This document shows positions 46,052 through 56,308 of a stretch of DNA of 64,000 nt, piece after piece. The translations under genes and the position numbers were made by a program. Source of the DNA: an archaeon (GTDB lineage Archaea; Methanobacteriota_B; Thermococci; Methanofastidiosales; NM3); the NCBI GenBank assembly GCA_004212155.1, contig RXIG01000019.1:33144-97143 (forward strand), given 5' to 3'. How positions within the stretch are numbered: the first letter of the stretch is position 1; each line of letters starts with the position of its first letter. The notes under the pieces are model-generated. The model ran no database searches, was not told where the DNA came from, and saw only the letters and a program-made list of their open reading frames with translations.

Positions 46052-47154
46052 ACACATACCATATAGACGCATACAAAGGCGACATCTATACGTGCGTTCG
46101 TTCTCGATGCGGATTTTGCTTTCATGCCTGCCCCGTCTTCCTCTCGAAGGGATTTGAGACCTACACATCGCGTGGCAAGTGTATGATCATGAAGGCGTTC
46201 CTTGAAGGCAAGCTCCCTGCCTCGCAGGGGCTTGCAGACCGATTCGCACTCTGCACGACGTGTGGATACTGCACGTCGGTGTGTGATGTTGACAGGCCAG
46301 AGATATTCAATGCGTTTCGTGAGGACCTCAGGGACGCAGGCTATACCATACCTCGCCACGACGAAATAAAGGAGAACGTAGAGAAACAACACTCCCCCTA
46401 TGGCTCGCACGATGAGTCGCTGGCATCGCGATTCGCATGGAAGATCGACCATGACTCGCCCCTCCTCTACTATGCGGGGTGCACGGCACGTTACCGCGAG
46501 CGCACCATCGCCGAGGCGATGATGATGGTCCTTCCCTCATTTGACCTTCTCGAGGAAGCGATGTGCTGCGGGTCCGTCCTTTACAGGACAGGTTATAGGG
46601 ACGACGCGATGCGCCAGGCGCGGGCACTTGTCAGCCGCATCGAACGCTACTCAACCGTCGTGACGACATGTGCAGGCTGCTACAAGACCCTGACCAGGGA
46701 CTATCCCGCGATGGGTTTGCAGATACGGCCCGAAGTGCTGCACTGCACACAGTACCTCGTGCGCGAATACAAAGGGGGGCGACTCACTCTCTCACCTGTT
46801 GGCAAGGGGACGAAGGTCACCTATCACGACCCGTGCCATCTGGGCAGGGGAACATGTGAGTACGATGCACCCCGAATACTGCTCGAGGCCATGGGGTATG
46901 AGGTCATCGAGATGGAACACACGCGTGAGATGGCGCTTTGCTGCGGTGCTGGAGGCGGCCTCAAGTCAATTGATGACAGCATGGCAACGAGGATAGGCTC
47001 GATGCGCATGGAAGAGGCCAAACGAACTGGGGCGTCGCTTCTCGTCACGGCGTGCCCGTTTTGCGTACGCAATCTCCGTGACGCGGGGGGAGGCGAACTT
47101 GATGTGGTCGACATCACCGAACTCATCGCCCAGTCGGCACGGCGTGAAAAATGA
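46048..47154 (+). CDS. (Fe-S)-binding oxidoreductase with two CCG domains (GlcF/HdrD-like)
   Basis: The start GTG 46048 overlaps the GlcD-like stop as GTGA. Cys motifs CGFCFHACP and CTTCGYCTSVCD are present, plus CCG signatures (MCCGS, LCCGAGGG). Confidence 0.75.
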   Translation: MNTYHIDAYKGDIYTCVRSRCGFCFHACPVFLSKGFETYTSRGKCMIMKAFLEGKLPASQGLADRFALCTTCGYCTSVCDVDRPEIFNAFREDLRDAGYTIPRHDEIKENVEKQHSPYGSHDESLASRFAWKIDHDSPLLYYAGCTARYRERTIAEAMMMVLPSFDLLEEAMCCGSVLYRTGYRDDAMRQARALVSRIERYSTVVTTCAGCYKTLTRDYPAMGLQIRPEVLHCTQYLVREYKGGRLTLSPVGKGTKVTYHDPCHLGRGTCEYDAPRILLEAMGYEVIEMEHTREMALCCGAGGGLKSIDDSMATRIGSMRMEEAKRTGASLLVTACPFCVRNLRDAGGGELDVVDITELIAQSARREK

Positions 47155-47196
47155 AGGCAAAAAACAAGTAAATGTTATAAAGCTCGTCAACAGCAT

Positions 47197-48576
47197 ATGG
47201 TATGGGGGGTCAACGTGCGCAACACCGTGCTCTTTGCATGCATATCACTTCTAGTCATCGGGATGGCACTTTGCGGGTTCGGCCAATCGCAGCCAGAAGC
47301 GCCCGTGTACGTGCTCGAACTGGACGGCGAGATCAACAAGGCGACCGAGGAAATCATCGTCAACGCCATCGAGAAGGCCAACGACGAGGGTGCGTACGCG
47401 TTCGTCCTTGCACTCAATACCCCCGGCGGAAGGACCGATGCGATGTTTAACATCGTCGAGGCGATGCAACAGACATCGATACCGGTCCTCTACTTCGTCC
47501 ACCCCAAGGGCGCGATCTCCGCCTCGGCGGGCACCTACATCGCCATGGCCAGCAACATGGTCGGCATGGCGCCGCTCACGACGATCGGCGCATGCGAACC
47601 CATCCTCGGGTACGATCCAACGACGGGCGATGTGATCGAGGCGCCGCAAAAGGTACGCGAGTACTACACTGCCGTGATGCGCTCCTATGCCGAGGACCAC
47701 GGAAGAGACCCCGATATAGCGGCGCGATTCGTCTCGGAGAATCTTAGCCTCACCCCCGACGAGGCGCTCGATCTTGGCATGGCAGACGTGAAGGCCGACG
47801 ACATGGTTACGTTCCTTGACGCAGTCGACGGCTTGGAGATCAAGGGCACCGTGAACGGCGAGAAGATCGTGCTCGATACCGCCGGGCGTGAGACCGTCTC
47901 GATCACTCTCTCGCTCAAGGACCGCATCATCATGGCCATCTCGGACCCCAACATCGCCTACCTGCTCACCACGATAGGGATGCTTGGCATCGTCTTTGGG
48001 TTCCTGACACCCGGCATCGGCATCCCGGAGGTGGTGGGAGTGCTCTTCCTTGGACTCGCCGTGATCGCCAACGGATATGTGGGGTTCGAGTATGGGGGGA
48101 TCCTTCTCATCGTGCTTGGATTCATATTCTTCATAGCCGAAGCGCTCACATCGACGTTTGGCCTCTATACGGCGGCGGGCACGATATCGTTTGTTGTTGG
48201 GTCGCTGCTGCTCTTCTCAGGCACACCGGGGGGAGAGGGGAGGTTCTTCAATGAGGAGTCGGTACGCATGTTTTGGTTAAGCATTGGAGTGATGACAGTC
48301 CTCATCGTCGGATTCCTCGTCTTCGGGCTCCAGGCTGCGCTTCGATTGCGCAGGACGGCGCCCACGACGGGAAATGAACAGATGTTACAGGAAGAGGCAA
48401 CGGCCATAGACGACCTCGACCCTACAGGCACCGTACGTATACATGGAGAGCTGTGGAACGCTCGTGCAAACGAGCGCGTGCCGGCGGGCGAACGCGTGAG
48501 GGTCGTGGCCGTTGATGGATTGACGCTCATCGTTGAGAAAAAAGAAATAAAGGGAGGTGAAAACACATATGGTTAG
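47197..48576 (+). CDS. NfeD-family membrane-bound ClpP-class serine protease
   Basis: It has a signal/anchor helix, a ClpP-like domain ([11 protein letters not shown]...[10 protein letters not shown]), a TM block and a C-terminal OB-fold ([12 protein letters not shown]...[14 protein letters not shown]). Confidence 0.8.
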   Translation: MVWGVNVRNTVLFACISLLVIGMALCGFGQSQPEAPVYVLELDGEINKATEEIIVNAIEKANDEGAYAFVLALNTPGGRTDAMFNIVEAMQQTSIPVLYFVHPKGAISASAGTYIAMASNMVGMAPLTTIGACEPILGYDPTTGDVIEAPQKVREYYTAVMRSYAEDHGRDPDIAARFVSENLSLTPDEALDLGMADVKADDMVTFLDAVDGLEIKGTVNGEKIVLDTAGRETVSITLSLKDRIIMAISDPNIAYLLTTIGMLGIVFGFLTPGIGIPEVVGVLFLGLAVIANGYVGFEYGGILLIVLGFIFFIAEALTSTFGLYTAAGTISFVVGSLLLFSGTPGGEGRFFNEESVRMFWLSIGVMTVLIVGFLVFGLQAALRLRRTAPTTGNEQMLQEEATAIDDLDPTGTVRIHGELWNARANERVPAGERVRVVAVDGLTLIVEKKEIKGGENTYG

Positions 48577-49348
48577 TTTCGTAGGGGACTCATTCACTAT
48601 ACTGCTTGCTGTTGTCATCGTTGTCGTCGTGATACTCGCTGCGGCGATCAAGATCGTGCCGGAGTACCAGCGAGGGGTCATATTCCGACTTGGAAGGCTC
48701 CTTGGCGCAAAGGGCCCGGGCATCTTCTTCATCATACCCATCATCGACAAGATGTATCGCGTCGACCTGCGTACTGCGGTGCTTGACGTGCCCGTTCAAG
48801 AGGTGATAACGAGGGACAACGTGCCCGTTCGGGTGAACGCCGTCGTTTACTTCAGGGTCATGGAACCCACCAAGGCGGTCGTCCAGATCGTCAACTATCG
48901 GGCCGGTACGTCCCAGATATCGCAGACCACGCTTCGCTCGATCATCGGACAGTCGCAGCTCGACGAGCTCCTCTCCAACAGGGAGGCGATCAACAAGGAG
49001 CTTCAGAAGGTCATCGACGATGCCACCGACCCATGGGGCATCAAGGTCTCGGCCGTCGAGATAAAGGATGTCGAGATACCCAAGTCGATGCAGCGTGCGC
49101 TTGCGGCTCAGGCAGAGGCGGAACGTGAACGTAGGGCCAAGATCATCAACGCCCAGGGTGAGTTCCAGGCCGCTGAAAAGCTTGCTGACGCAGCAAAGAT
49201 CATGGCCAAGCATCCGATAACGTTGCAGCTCCGTACACTCCAAACGATCCAGCAGGTGGCAACGGAGAACGCATCGACCATCGTATTGCCATTCCCCATG
49301 GAGATGTTGCGCATACTCGACAAGCTAGGTGGCGGAAAGGAGGAATGA
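48569..49348 (+). CDS. SPFH-domain protein (stomatin/prohibitin homologue)
   Basis: [14 protein letters not shown]...[17 protein letters not shown] is the classic stomatin core. I chose ATG 48569 as start because GGGAGGTG (48552-48559) precedes it. It overlaps the NfeD stop. Confidence 0.9.
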   Translation: MVSFVGDSFTILLAVVIVVVVILAAAIKIVPEYQRGVIFRLGRLLGAKGPGIFFIIPIIDKMYRVDLRTAVLDVPVQEVITRDNVPVRVNAVVYFRVMEPTKAVVQIVNYRAGTSQISQTTLRSIIGQSQLDELLSNREAINKELQKVIDDATDPWGIKVSAVEIKDVEIPKSMQRALAAQAEAERERRAKIINAQGEFQAAEKLADAAKIMAKHPITLQLRTLQTIQQVATENASTIVLPFPMEMLRILDKLGGGKEE

Positions 49349-49405
49349 TCCCTCTTTTTCCGTTTCTTTTTTCTTTCCACTTTTTCATACTGTAAGGATG
49401 ATACC

Positions 49406-49909
49406 ATGCATCACCTTTACGGCAGGTTCTACGTTGGCGACATATACGACTGCTTCTACGGCGATAACGATGAATGGGCCGTCGTGCATGCCTGTCCCCA
49501 CCCGTGCTTCCACCATGCCGTAACAAGCGGCGCACGACATGACAGCTCCATGATCGTGGCAAAACGGGGCTCGCACCTGTTTCTCAACATGCGTGATTGG
49601 TGGTACCCGCCATCAGACCATACTATGGGAACGATCGTGACACGCCTTCTCTCGTTCGTTCGCTCACTGCGCCCCGCATACAATGTTCTTTTCCATTGCC
49701 ATGAGGGCATCTCGCGCTCGCCTTCGCTTGCACTTATCGTGCTCGCGAACGAAGGCCTCATCGACACAGCATCATACGAGGCAGGGAAACGACACTTGCA
49801 GCGCCTCTATCCTCTCTTCTTCCCCTCGCAGGGCATAGAACACTACCTCAAAACGCACTGGGGCCCCCTATATGGTCATGAGAATGACCTACCCTACAAA
49901 GATTTATAA
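49406..49909 (+). CDS. Cys-based protein phosphatase (dual-specificity/PTP-like)
   Basis: The CX5R(S/T) P-loop is present as HCHEGISRS. Confidence 0.65.
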   Translation: MHHLYGRFYVGDIYDCFYGDNDEWAVVHACPHPCFHHAVTSGARHDSSMIVAKRGSHLFLNMRDWWYPPSDHTMGTIVTRLLSFVRSLRPAYNVLFHCHEGISRSPSLALIVLANEGLIDTASYEAGKRHLQRLYPLFFPSQGIEHYLKTHWGPLYGHENDLPYKDL

Positions 49910-49928
49910 GCAAGATGGCACCTTGCTG

Positions 49929-50852
49929 ATGCAACCAGCAGGAGATCATGAAATGGAAGCTACGGTGATGTGGAAAGCGTACATGGATCTCACACGAGCA
50001 CACTTCTCCATCGTGTGGCCTCTCCTCATATGCGCCGGGACGGCACTAGCCACGCTCACCTATGGTACCGCGAATATGACACACTACCTGCATATCGGCG
50101 GCATTGGACTGCTAGGATTTCTCGCTGGCCTCGTGCTCAACGACATTGTCGACAACACATATGACAGGGACGAGCCTGACGAATCGCTTACCCGCTACTG
50201 GCGTCCGTTCAAGGAACGTCCGCTCGTCACCGGCAGCATCTCCGTTCCCGCTGCAACGGCGTTTTTTGTCTGCCTTGTTGTGGCAACGACATGTCTCGTG
50301 GTGTTGCTCCCCTTTCCCCATAACGTATACATCCTCGCCATCATGGGCTATGCATATGCAGCAGAATTTTTCTATCAAACGAAAAAGCGCGACCAGTCGC
50401 TGCCCCTGGCCCAGCTCGTGGGAAGGACCGACCTTGCGCTCTTTCCGGTCGCTGGCTATCTTTCGATAGGGGGTCCCGATTTCACTGCCGCATTTCTTTT
50501 CGGCTTCATGTACACGTGGGCTCAGATCCATCTTGCCATCAACGACCTGGCAGACACACAAAACGATATCACACGGCACATGTACACCATCCCAGTGCTC
50601 TATGGCGAAGAAGGTGCGATACGATGGATAGCCATGTTTACGCTGCTCCATGCGGCCAGTGCAGGCCTCTTCATCCCACTGGTGCCGACCACAAGCGTCG
50701 TGGTGGGCGCAGGCGCGTTCCTGCTCTTCCTTCTCGCCATCAGGTGCGTTGTACGACATAGGGGCACCAGCGGAGGGCTTCGAGCACTGCCTTTGCTCCA
50801 TGCGTCGCTTCTCATGTATACAATCGCATTCATAGCGGGCGCCGTCCTGTAA
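49929..50852 (+). CDS. UbiA-family prenyltransferase
   Basis: The first Asp-rich motif is present as NDIVDNTYDRDE, with a second Asp-containing region (INDLADTQNDI). About 9 TM helices. The start is ambiguous (49872, 49929, 49953 or 49968). Confidence 0.75.
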   Translation: MQPAGDHEMEATVMWKAYMDLTRAHFSIVWPLLICAGTALATLTYGTANMTHYLHIGGIGLLGFLAGLVLNDIVDNTYDRDEPDESLTRYWRPFKERPLVTGSISVPAATAFFVCLVVATTCLVVLLPFPHNVYILAIMGYAYAAEFFYQTKKRDQSLPLAQLVGRTDLALFPVAGYLSIGGPDFTAAFLFGFMYTWAQIHLAINDLADTQNDITRHMYTIPVLYGEEGAIRWIAMFTLLHAASAGLFIPLVPTTSVVVGAGAFLLFLLAIRCVVRHRGTSGGLRALPLLHASLLMYTIAFIAGAVL

Positions 50853-51068
50853 CGTTACGCACACGACATTACCCGGGCGCTCTTGGTCAAAGATCAATAA
50901 TGGGCAAGAGCAACGTGTGCATATGACGCTGCATTGCTGCCACTGCGCCCATTATCTCGTTATGTACCGAGGGTATGCACGATGTTCGCGGTTTGGTACG
51001 TTGGTGCCCTTCAATGGACGCCCCTGTCAATACTTCACGCACTGGGTATCAGAAAGTCCCGAGTTTTC

Positions 51069-52346
51069 CTACCGTAGCGGTTCCCTGCTCCTGTCCTTCA
51101 TGAAGTAAAGGCCTGCCAGAGACACCGAAGATGTGACGATGATATAGAGTGCCGGCACATAGAGATTGTTGGTGAGGCGTATGAGTGTCGTCGCAATCAT
51201 GGGTGTTGAGCCACCGATGATGCCAAGACCGATGTTGTATGATATCGAGTACCCAGTCAATCGATCATCGGTGGGGTAGAGTTCCGTAATCGTTGAAGGC
51301 GCGACACCCAAGGGAATCGACACGAGGATGCCATACGCTGCGAGTACAACCAGTGTCGAGAGCATCTGCCCCTGTAGAAGCAGCCAGAACAGCGGGAGGG
51401 ATAACACGACGGCCAGGACGAATGACACCATGAGTAGCCTTTTACGAATAATCCGGGTATCGGAAAGGTACCCCATTAACACGATGAGCCCCACCAACGA
51501 AGCCGAGACTATGGTCGTGAACTGCAACGACCCGCCAAGGTCCATGCCGAGGAATCTGTTCACATAGGTGGGCAGATAGACTAGGGGTATATAAAAGAGG
51601 ACGGCGTATCCGGTGGTAAAGGCAAGAGATTGCATGAACTCGCCCCTGTTCTCGTGGAAAACCTTGCGGAGAGGGGATGCATCCTGATGTCGTGATTCGT
51701 GCTTGAACACATATGACTCGGGAAGGGAGCGTCGCATGTACATCGCAACAATCCCGATCACACCGGCAAAGAGAAATGGTATACGCCATCCCCAACTATG
51801 CACGGTGGCCGATGAGAGTAGGCTTGTCGTGAGTGCTGCGGCCAGTGCGCCAGATGCCATACCTATCATGCTCCCCACGTTTGCGACACTCCCAAACGTT
51901 CCCCGTCTATTGGAAGGCGCCTCCTCGACGACATAAGTGACAGAAGCGCTGAACTCGCCGCCCACTGAGAGCCCCTGGAACAGACGCAAGGCAACGAGCA
52001 ACACAACGCCGACAAGGCCTATCTGTCCATAAGTAGGAACGAGTCCCAGACCACACGTTGCCATGGTCATGAGTGCTATCGAGAGGAGCAATGTGATCTT
52101 TCGCCCGCGTCTGTCACCAATGTGTCCAAACAATAGACCGCCCAGAGGGCGCATGAAGAACCCCACAGCAAAGACGGCAAACGTTGCAATAAGCGAATGC
52201 ATCGGGACCTCGCCGGGAAAAAAGAGTTCCGATATTACGGGTGCGAAATACCCAAAAAGGGCAAAGTCGTACCATTCCATGACGTTCCCGATAGCACCCG
52301 AGATGATGATGGTTCGTTTGTCACTCATCCTGCCTAAAATGTTCAT
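51069..52346 (-). CDS. MFS transporter (metabolite:H+ symporter/ProP-like)
   Basis: 425 aa with 12 TM helices. The MFS loop signature is present as GHIGDRRGRK. Confidence 0.8.
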   Translation of the reverse strand: MNILGRMSDKRTIIISGAIGNVMEWYDFALFGYFAPVISELFFPGEVPMHSLIATFAVFAVGFFMRPLGGLLFGHIGDRRGRKITLLLSIALMTMATCGLGLVPTYGQIGLVGVVLLVALRLFQGLSVGGEFSASVTYVVEEAPSNRRGTFGSVANVGSMIGMASGALAAALTTSLLSSATVHSWGWRIPFLFAGVIGIVAMYMRRSLPESYVFKHESRHQDASPLRKVFHENRGEFMQSLAFTTGYAVLFYIPLVYLPTYVNRFLGMDLGGSLQFTTIVSASLVGLIVLMGYLSDTRIIRKRLLMVSFVLAVVLSLPLFWLLLQGQMLSTLVVLAAYGILVSIPLGVAPSTITELYPTDDRLTGYSISYNIGLGIIGGSTPMIATTLIRLTNNLYVPALYIIVTSSVSLAGLYFMKDRSREPLR

Positions 52347-52377
52347 GGTATACCCTTATAATACCAGGTATTTTATT

Positions 52378-52947
52378 TCAATCTGCCCTGTTCTCACTCG
52401 GAGTACACAATGCAGCGAACGTGCGTGCAAATGTTTCGATGGCATCCCAGTCCCGAAAGTCGTTTACGCCATTTCGGTCGATCTCGATCCCTGACTTTTG
52501 CTCCATCTCCTTTGCAGCCATCGACACCATCCTCTTGTCGAGCATGCCCATCCTCGACTCGGATGAAAAGTCGATCTTGCCTGAAAACGCCTCGCCGATG
52601 TCAGCGCCCACGCCCATTTTCTTCAACTTCTCATCGAGATAGGAGGAATGGGTACCCTCTGGATTCGTGAGTACCTGAAGGCACGATACGAAGACGCCTA
52701 TCTTCACTTTACTCGGCGCACCGGCAAGTTCCTTGAGGAGCTGTTCGGCCTCCTTCGTCCAGCGACCCACCTTGATCCCCGACCCGACGATGATGCCGTC
52801 GTAGTTTTCAAGGTCGATGGACGGGCGGGAACGCAGGTCTGCCACGTCGACTTCGATGTCGTGCTCCCTCAAAATGGTGGCCATATGGTTGGCGATCTCC
52901 TCCGACGTACCGTAGCGGGACCCATAGGCAACAAGCACTCGCGGCAT
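52378..52947 (-). CDS. Flavodoxin-domain protein
   Basis: The N-terminus VLVAYGSRYGTSEEIA is a flavodoxin FMN phosphate-binding loop. 189 aa. Confidence 0.7.
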   Translation of the reverse strand: MPRVLVAYGSRYGTSEEIANHMATILREHDIEVDVADLRSRPSIDLENYDGIIVGSGIKVGRWTKEAEQLLKELAGAPSKVKIGVFVSCLQVLTNPEGTHSSYLDEKLKKMGVGADIGEAFSGKIDFSSESRMGMLDKRMVSMAAKEMEQKSGIEIDRNGVNDFRDWDAIETFARTFAALCTPSENRAD

Positions 52948-52951
52948 GGTA

Positions 52952-53146
52952 TCACTTCTGCTTGACGTAGTCGAGCGCCTTCTGGCGAAGGTCCATCGTC
53001 AGGTACCCGTCGTTTGCAAGCGTAAACAGGGCCTCTCTTGACTCTTCGTTGTCAAACGCGGCAAGCTCATCGATGGCCGCCTTTCGTTCCTCTAAGGATA
53101 TGTTGATGTCCTTTACCTTCAGTCGAAGTTCTGTTTCCTTTCTCAT
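52952..53146 (-). CDS. Small helical protein (HEAT-like), unknown function
   Basis: 64-aa ORF, 4 nt upstream of the flavodoxin gene, preceded by the SD-like AAGGTGG. Confidence 0.4.
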   Translation of the reverse strand: MRKETELRLKVKDINISLEERKAAIDELAAFDNEESREALFTLANDGYLTMDLRQKALDYVKQK

Positions 53147-53485
53147 TGTACCACCTTGCTAGCTATCTATATGTGATGTGATTAATATTTTTCCGTGTTC
53201 ATGTCCTTGCACATGGGGATAGCGCCGCTACATGCCCCCCATAGAGCGAGGGGAGAACGTGCAAAGGACGTGTTCAGATGCTCGCGCATCGAGGCCCGAT
53301 GCGTTCGAACCCCGCCGAACGTGTTGCACGACGGAGCATATCGGGCGATGTTCGGGAGGGCGATATCCGGCACATGTTCAACGCAACTATCGACCTTGAC
53401 ACGGCATAGCATGGAAACCCCCAACGCTTTGTGCGAAGGGGATTGTGCAGATCCTCCATGTCAGGATGTCCGTAGCGAGGCCGCA

Positions 53486-54775
53486 TTATCCCGTGGAACG
53501 GGTGATGCGAACGTCCCTCACAAGGACGGCCGGAGTGAACGTCGGCGTCTCAGCCTCCCACCAGTGTATGTGCTCGGAACGGTCCCCCAGTGCTGCGATG
53601 CGCGAGAGAAGCCCTATCATGTTCTCGGATATGCGGATGTCTTTGAGCGATGACGATATCTCACCGTCGTGGACCATGAAGATGCCGTCGCGGGGTATCG
53701 TGGAGAAATCACCTGTCGAGTAGTTCTGGAAACGCGTATACCACGTGTTTGTGATGTAGAGGCCGTTTCCCATTTCCGAGAGGAGCTCGTCGATGGAGCG
53801 GTCACCCTCTGAAAGAACGATGTTTGTCGGTCGCGGCGCGATGAGCCCTGCGTTTGCCGTCGTCTTGGTTTCGTACTTTTTTGCAGTCGATGTATTGTGG
53901 AGGTATGTCGTGAGAATGCCGTCCTCGATGACCGGCGTGGAGCGTGTGGGCACGCCCTCGTCGTCGTAGCGAGACGAACCAAGTCCATCCGGGCGAGTGC
54001 CATCGTCATGAACGGTGACAAGCTCTGATGCCACCTGTGTGCCGATCCTGTCCTTGAAGCAGGAAAGACCGCTATCGACATAGAACGCCGATGTCTGGAA
54101 CATCATGTCGTCAAGGAGATTTGCGAAACAAAGCGGGGAGAACACGACGTCGAATCGCCCCTCCTCGCCGCGCACCGGGTTGCGGGCATCGCGTGCTATA
54201 TCCACCGCGTTCTCGCACGCCGAGCTATAGTCGAAGTCATGAAGCGTGCGAGCGCAGGAAACGGCATGGCCCGAGGCGTTCTTGTCGGCGAACATGCGTA
54301 CGGAGAGCTCAAACGACGTGCTCTCATCACTTGCGTGGATGCCTGATGACGTGGCGATCTCGTCGTTGACCGAGGTGGTGTAGTATACGCCTGCCGCGCG
54401 GCAGTCGTCGGCGATAGAGAAGACGTCGCCTATGATGCGCTCATCATCGGGCATGTCCGTCTCGACGGGGATGCCCTTGTATGTGAACGTACCATCCGCT
54501 ATGCCGTGATAGTCCTCTGACGGCCCAATCGCACCAACGATTGAGAAGAGTTCATCCAGCGTCTCGTCAAGCTTCGTTGGGTCGTTGAGCGTGGTCGCAA
54601 CGACACGCCGGTCCTTGGCGAGAAAGATGGATGCGGTGATGCTGTCCCAGAGTTTTGAGGCCGTGACCTCGTTGTTTGCGAATCGGATCTGCTTGCGTCG
54701 CAGGTTCGTGACGTGGCATATAACGTCGTCAGCACCCCGTTCACGGCAAGACTCGACGATGTCTGACGGGTTCAT
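53486..54775 (-). CDS. pmbA: PmbA/TldE-family protein
   Basis: This 429-aa TldD/PmbA-fold protein lacks the HExxxH motif. It is coupled by a 4-nt overlap to the TldD-like gene upstream. Confidence 0.8.
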   Translation of the reverse strand: MNPSDIVESCRERGADDVICHVTNLRRKQIRFANNEVTASKLWDSITASIFLAKDRRVVATTLNDPTKLDETLDELFSIVGAIGPSEDYHGIADGTFTYKGIPVETDMPDDERIIGDVFSIADDCRAAGVYYTTSVNDEIATSSGIHASDESTSFELSVRMFADKNASGHAVSCARTLHDFDYSSACENAVDIARDARNPVRGEEGRFDVVFSPLCFANLLDDMMFQTSAFYVDSGLSCFKDRIGTQVASELVTVHDDGTRPDGLGSSRYDDEGVPTRSTPVIEDGILTTYLHNTSTAKKYETKTTANAGLIAPRPTNIVLSEGDRSIDELLSEMGNGLYITNTWYTRFQNYSTGDFSTIPRDGIFMVHDGEISSSLKDIRISENMIGLLSRIAALGDRSEHIHWWEAETPTFTPAVLVRDVRITRSTG

Positions 54776-56187
54776 TGGGCCACCCCCAGGCGTATGCCCC
54801 TGAGCCTAATGGTCGGGCCGCCCATGAAGACGGGTATGCCCTGCATCGGCTCACCCTTGCCGCAGTTGCCTGCGAACATGCCGATATCGTTTGCCACCGC
54901 ATCAATGGATGACCAGAAGGTCGGAGTCGTCACCTCGAGTATGGCCGCCTTGAGGGGGTGGCGCACCTCGCCGTCCTCGACGTAGTATGCCTCGCGGGAG
55001 ACGTAGCGCTGATTGTAGCGCTTGTCATCAATGTTCCATTCCATGAACGAATTGATAATGACGCCCTTTTTCGTCTCGGCTATGACCTCGTCCCTTGTCC
55101 AGTCCCCTGCCTCTACATATGTGTTTGCCATGCGCACGATCGGCTCCCTGTTGTAGTTGTTGCAGCGTGCAGAGCCGTTCGAGTCGATGCCAAGCTGTCC
55201 TGCTGTCTCGCGATTGTGGAGCAGCTCATGTATGGCGCCTTCCTTCATGAGGTAACGCGGTCGCGCAGGCACGCCCTCGTCATCATAGAGATAAAATCCA
55301 TAAGAATGGGGTATAGTGGGGTCGTCGATCACGCTTACGTGCTCTGAGCCTATCTGCTGCCCCATCATGTCCAGCGAGACGAACGATTCGCCAGCCTGGG
55401 CGGCCTCCCTGCCAAGGATGCGGTCGGCCTCATACGGATGGCCGCACGATTCGTGGGTGGCGATGCCCGTGACCTCTGGCCCGCATATCACATCGACGGG
55501 GCCCGTCGGCGGCGCACGGCCCTTCGTGAGCACGCGTTGCAGCGTATGCGCCTCGTCCGAAACGTACTGTTCGAGGTCCCACTCGCGCAATGCCTCCCAT
55601 CCACGGGATGCCCCCTTTTGGAGCATGACCTGGGATGTCTCGCCATTCTCCTGCACGGTGAGGAACCCGAAAAATCCTATGCGGGGCACCACAGCACTGA
55701 TGTGCGACCCTTCGGAGTTGAGATAGAGCTTTTCTGTGATCGAGTCATACAGCTCAAAAAAACTACCTGCCACTGAAACATCCTGCGGCAACCCCGCATG
55801 CACGTCGCGAAGTGCTGCAAGCTTCTCTTCGGGGCCCACGTCGGCAAGCGGTTTTTTCATCTCCGATGAGTAGGATGCCTCGTGGCCATCCTCGTGTGAA
55901 AGCTTCACAGGTTGTTTCACAAGACCGGATGTTGCCTTGGCCATCGCGCAGGCCTCATCGACGATCGCGGTCACGTTTGAACGGTCGAGATTGTTCGTAG
56001 AGGCAAACCCCATGGACCCCCCAACGAGCACGCGCACCGATATGCCCAGCGATTTGTCGAACCCGGATACCTCGGGCTTGCCGTTCTTTAGCACGAACTC
56101 GTTATGCGAGTTACGTTCAGCCTTGACCTCTGCATAGTCGGCAGAGGATCGTGCCCGTTCAAGGGCGAATGCACAGATGTCCTCCAT
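54772..56187 (-). CDS. tldD: TldD-family metalloprotease
   Basis: 471 aa. The HExxxH motif is present as THESCGHPYE. Confidence 0.85.
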   Translation of the reverse strand: MEDICAFALERARSSADYAEVKAERNSHNEFVLKNGKPEVSGFDKSLGISVRVLVGGSMGFASTNNLDRSNVTAIVDEACAMAKATSGLVKQPVKLSHEDGHEASYSSEMKKPLADVGPEEKLAALRDVHAGLPQDVSVAGSFFELYDSITEKLYLNSEGSHISAVVPRIGFFGFLTVQENGETSQVMLQKGASRGWEALREWDLEQYVSDEAHTLQRVLTKGRAPPTGPVDVICGPEVTGIATHESCGHPYEADRILGREAAQAGESFVSLDMMGQQIGSEHVSVIDDPTIPHSYGFYLYDDEGVPARPRYLMKEGAIHELLHNRETAGQLGIDSNGSARCNNYNREPIVRMANTYVEAGDWTRDEVIAETKKGVIINSFMEWNIDDKRYNQRYVSREAYYVEDGEVRHPLKAAILEVTTPTFWSSIDAVANDIGMFAGNCGKGEPMQGIPVFMGGPTIRLRGIRLGVAQ

Positions 56188-56308
56188 TGTATCACTTCAT
56201 GAATCGATATAGTAGGTAGGACCGCACGATATAAATTATTTCGTGCCCCATGCGCCATGCAACACGGTCATGAGGGGACCTTGGCCAAGGAAAGAGGTAA
56301 AAAGTATC

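Noticed and set aside
53301-53321. GCGTTCGAACCCCGC resembling a tRNA T-arm (GTTCGAA loop)
   Set aside because: The flanking bases do not form a 5-bp T-stem, and no acceptor, D or anticodon arms could be built on either strand. The GTTCGA belongs to a CGTTCG/CGAACG hairpin instead. A similar GGTTCGATTGG at about 17930 also fails.
53182-53653. ORFs 53182-53424(-), 53274-53486(-) and 53195-53653(+) in the pmbA-proximal spacer
   Set aside because: They have no recognisable domains and odd composition. The plus-strand ORF runs antisense into pmbA.
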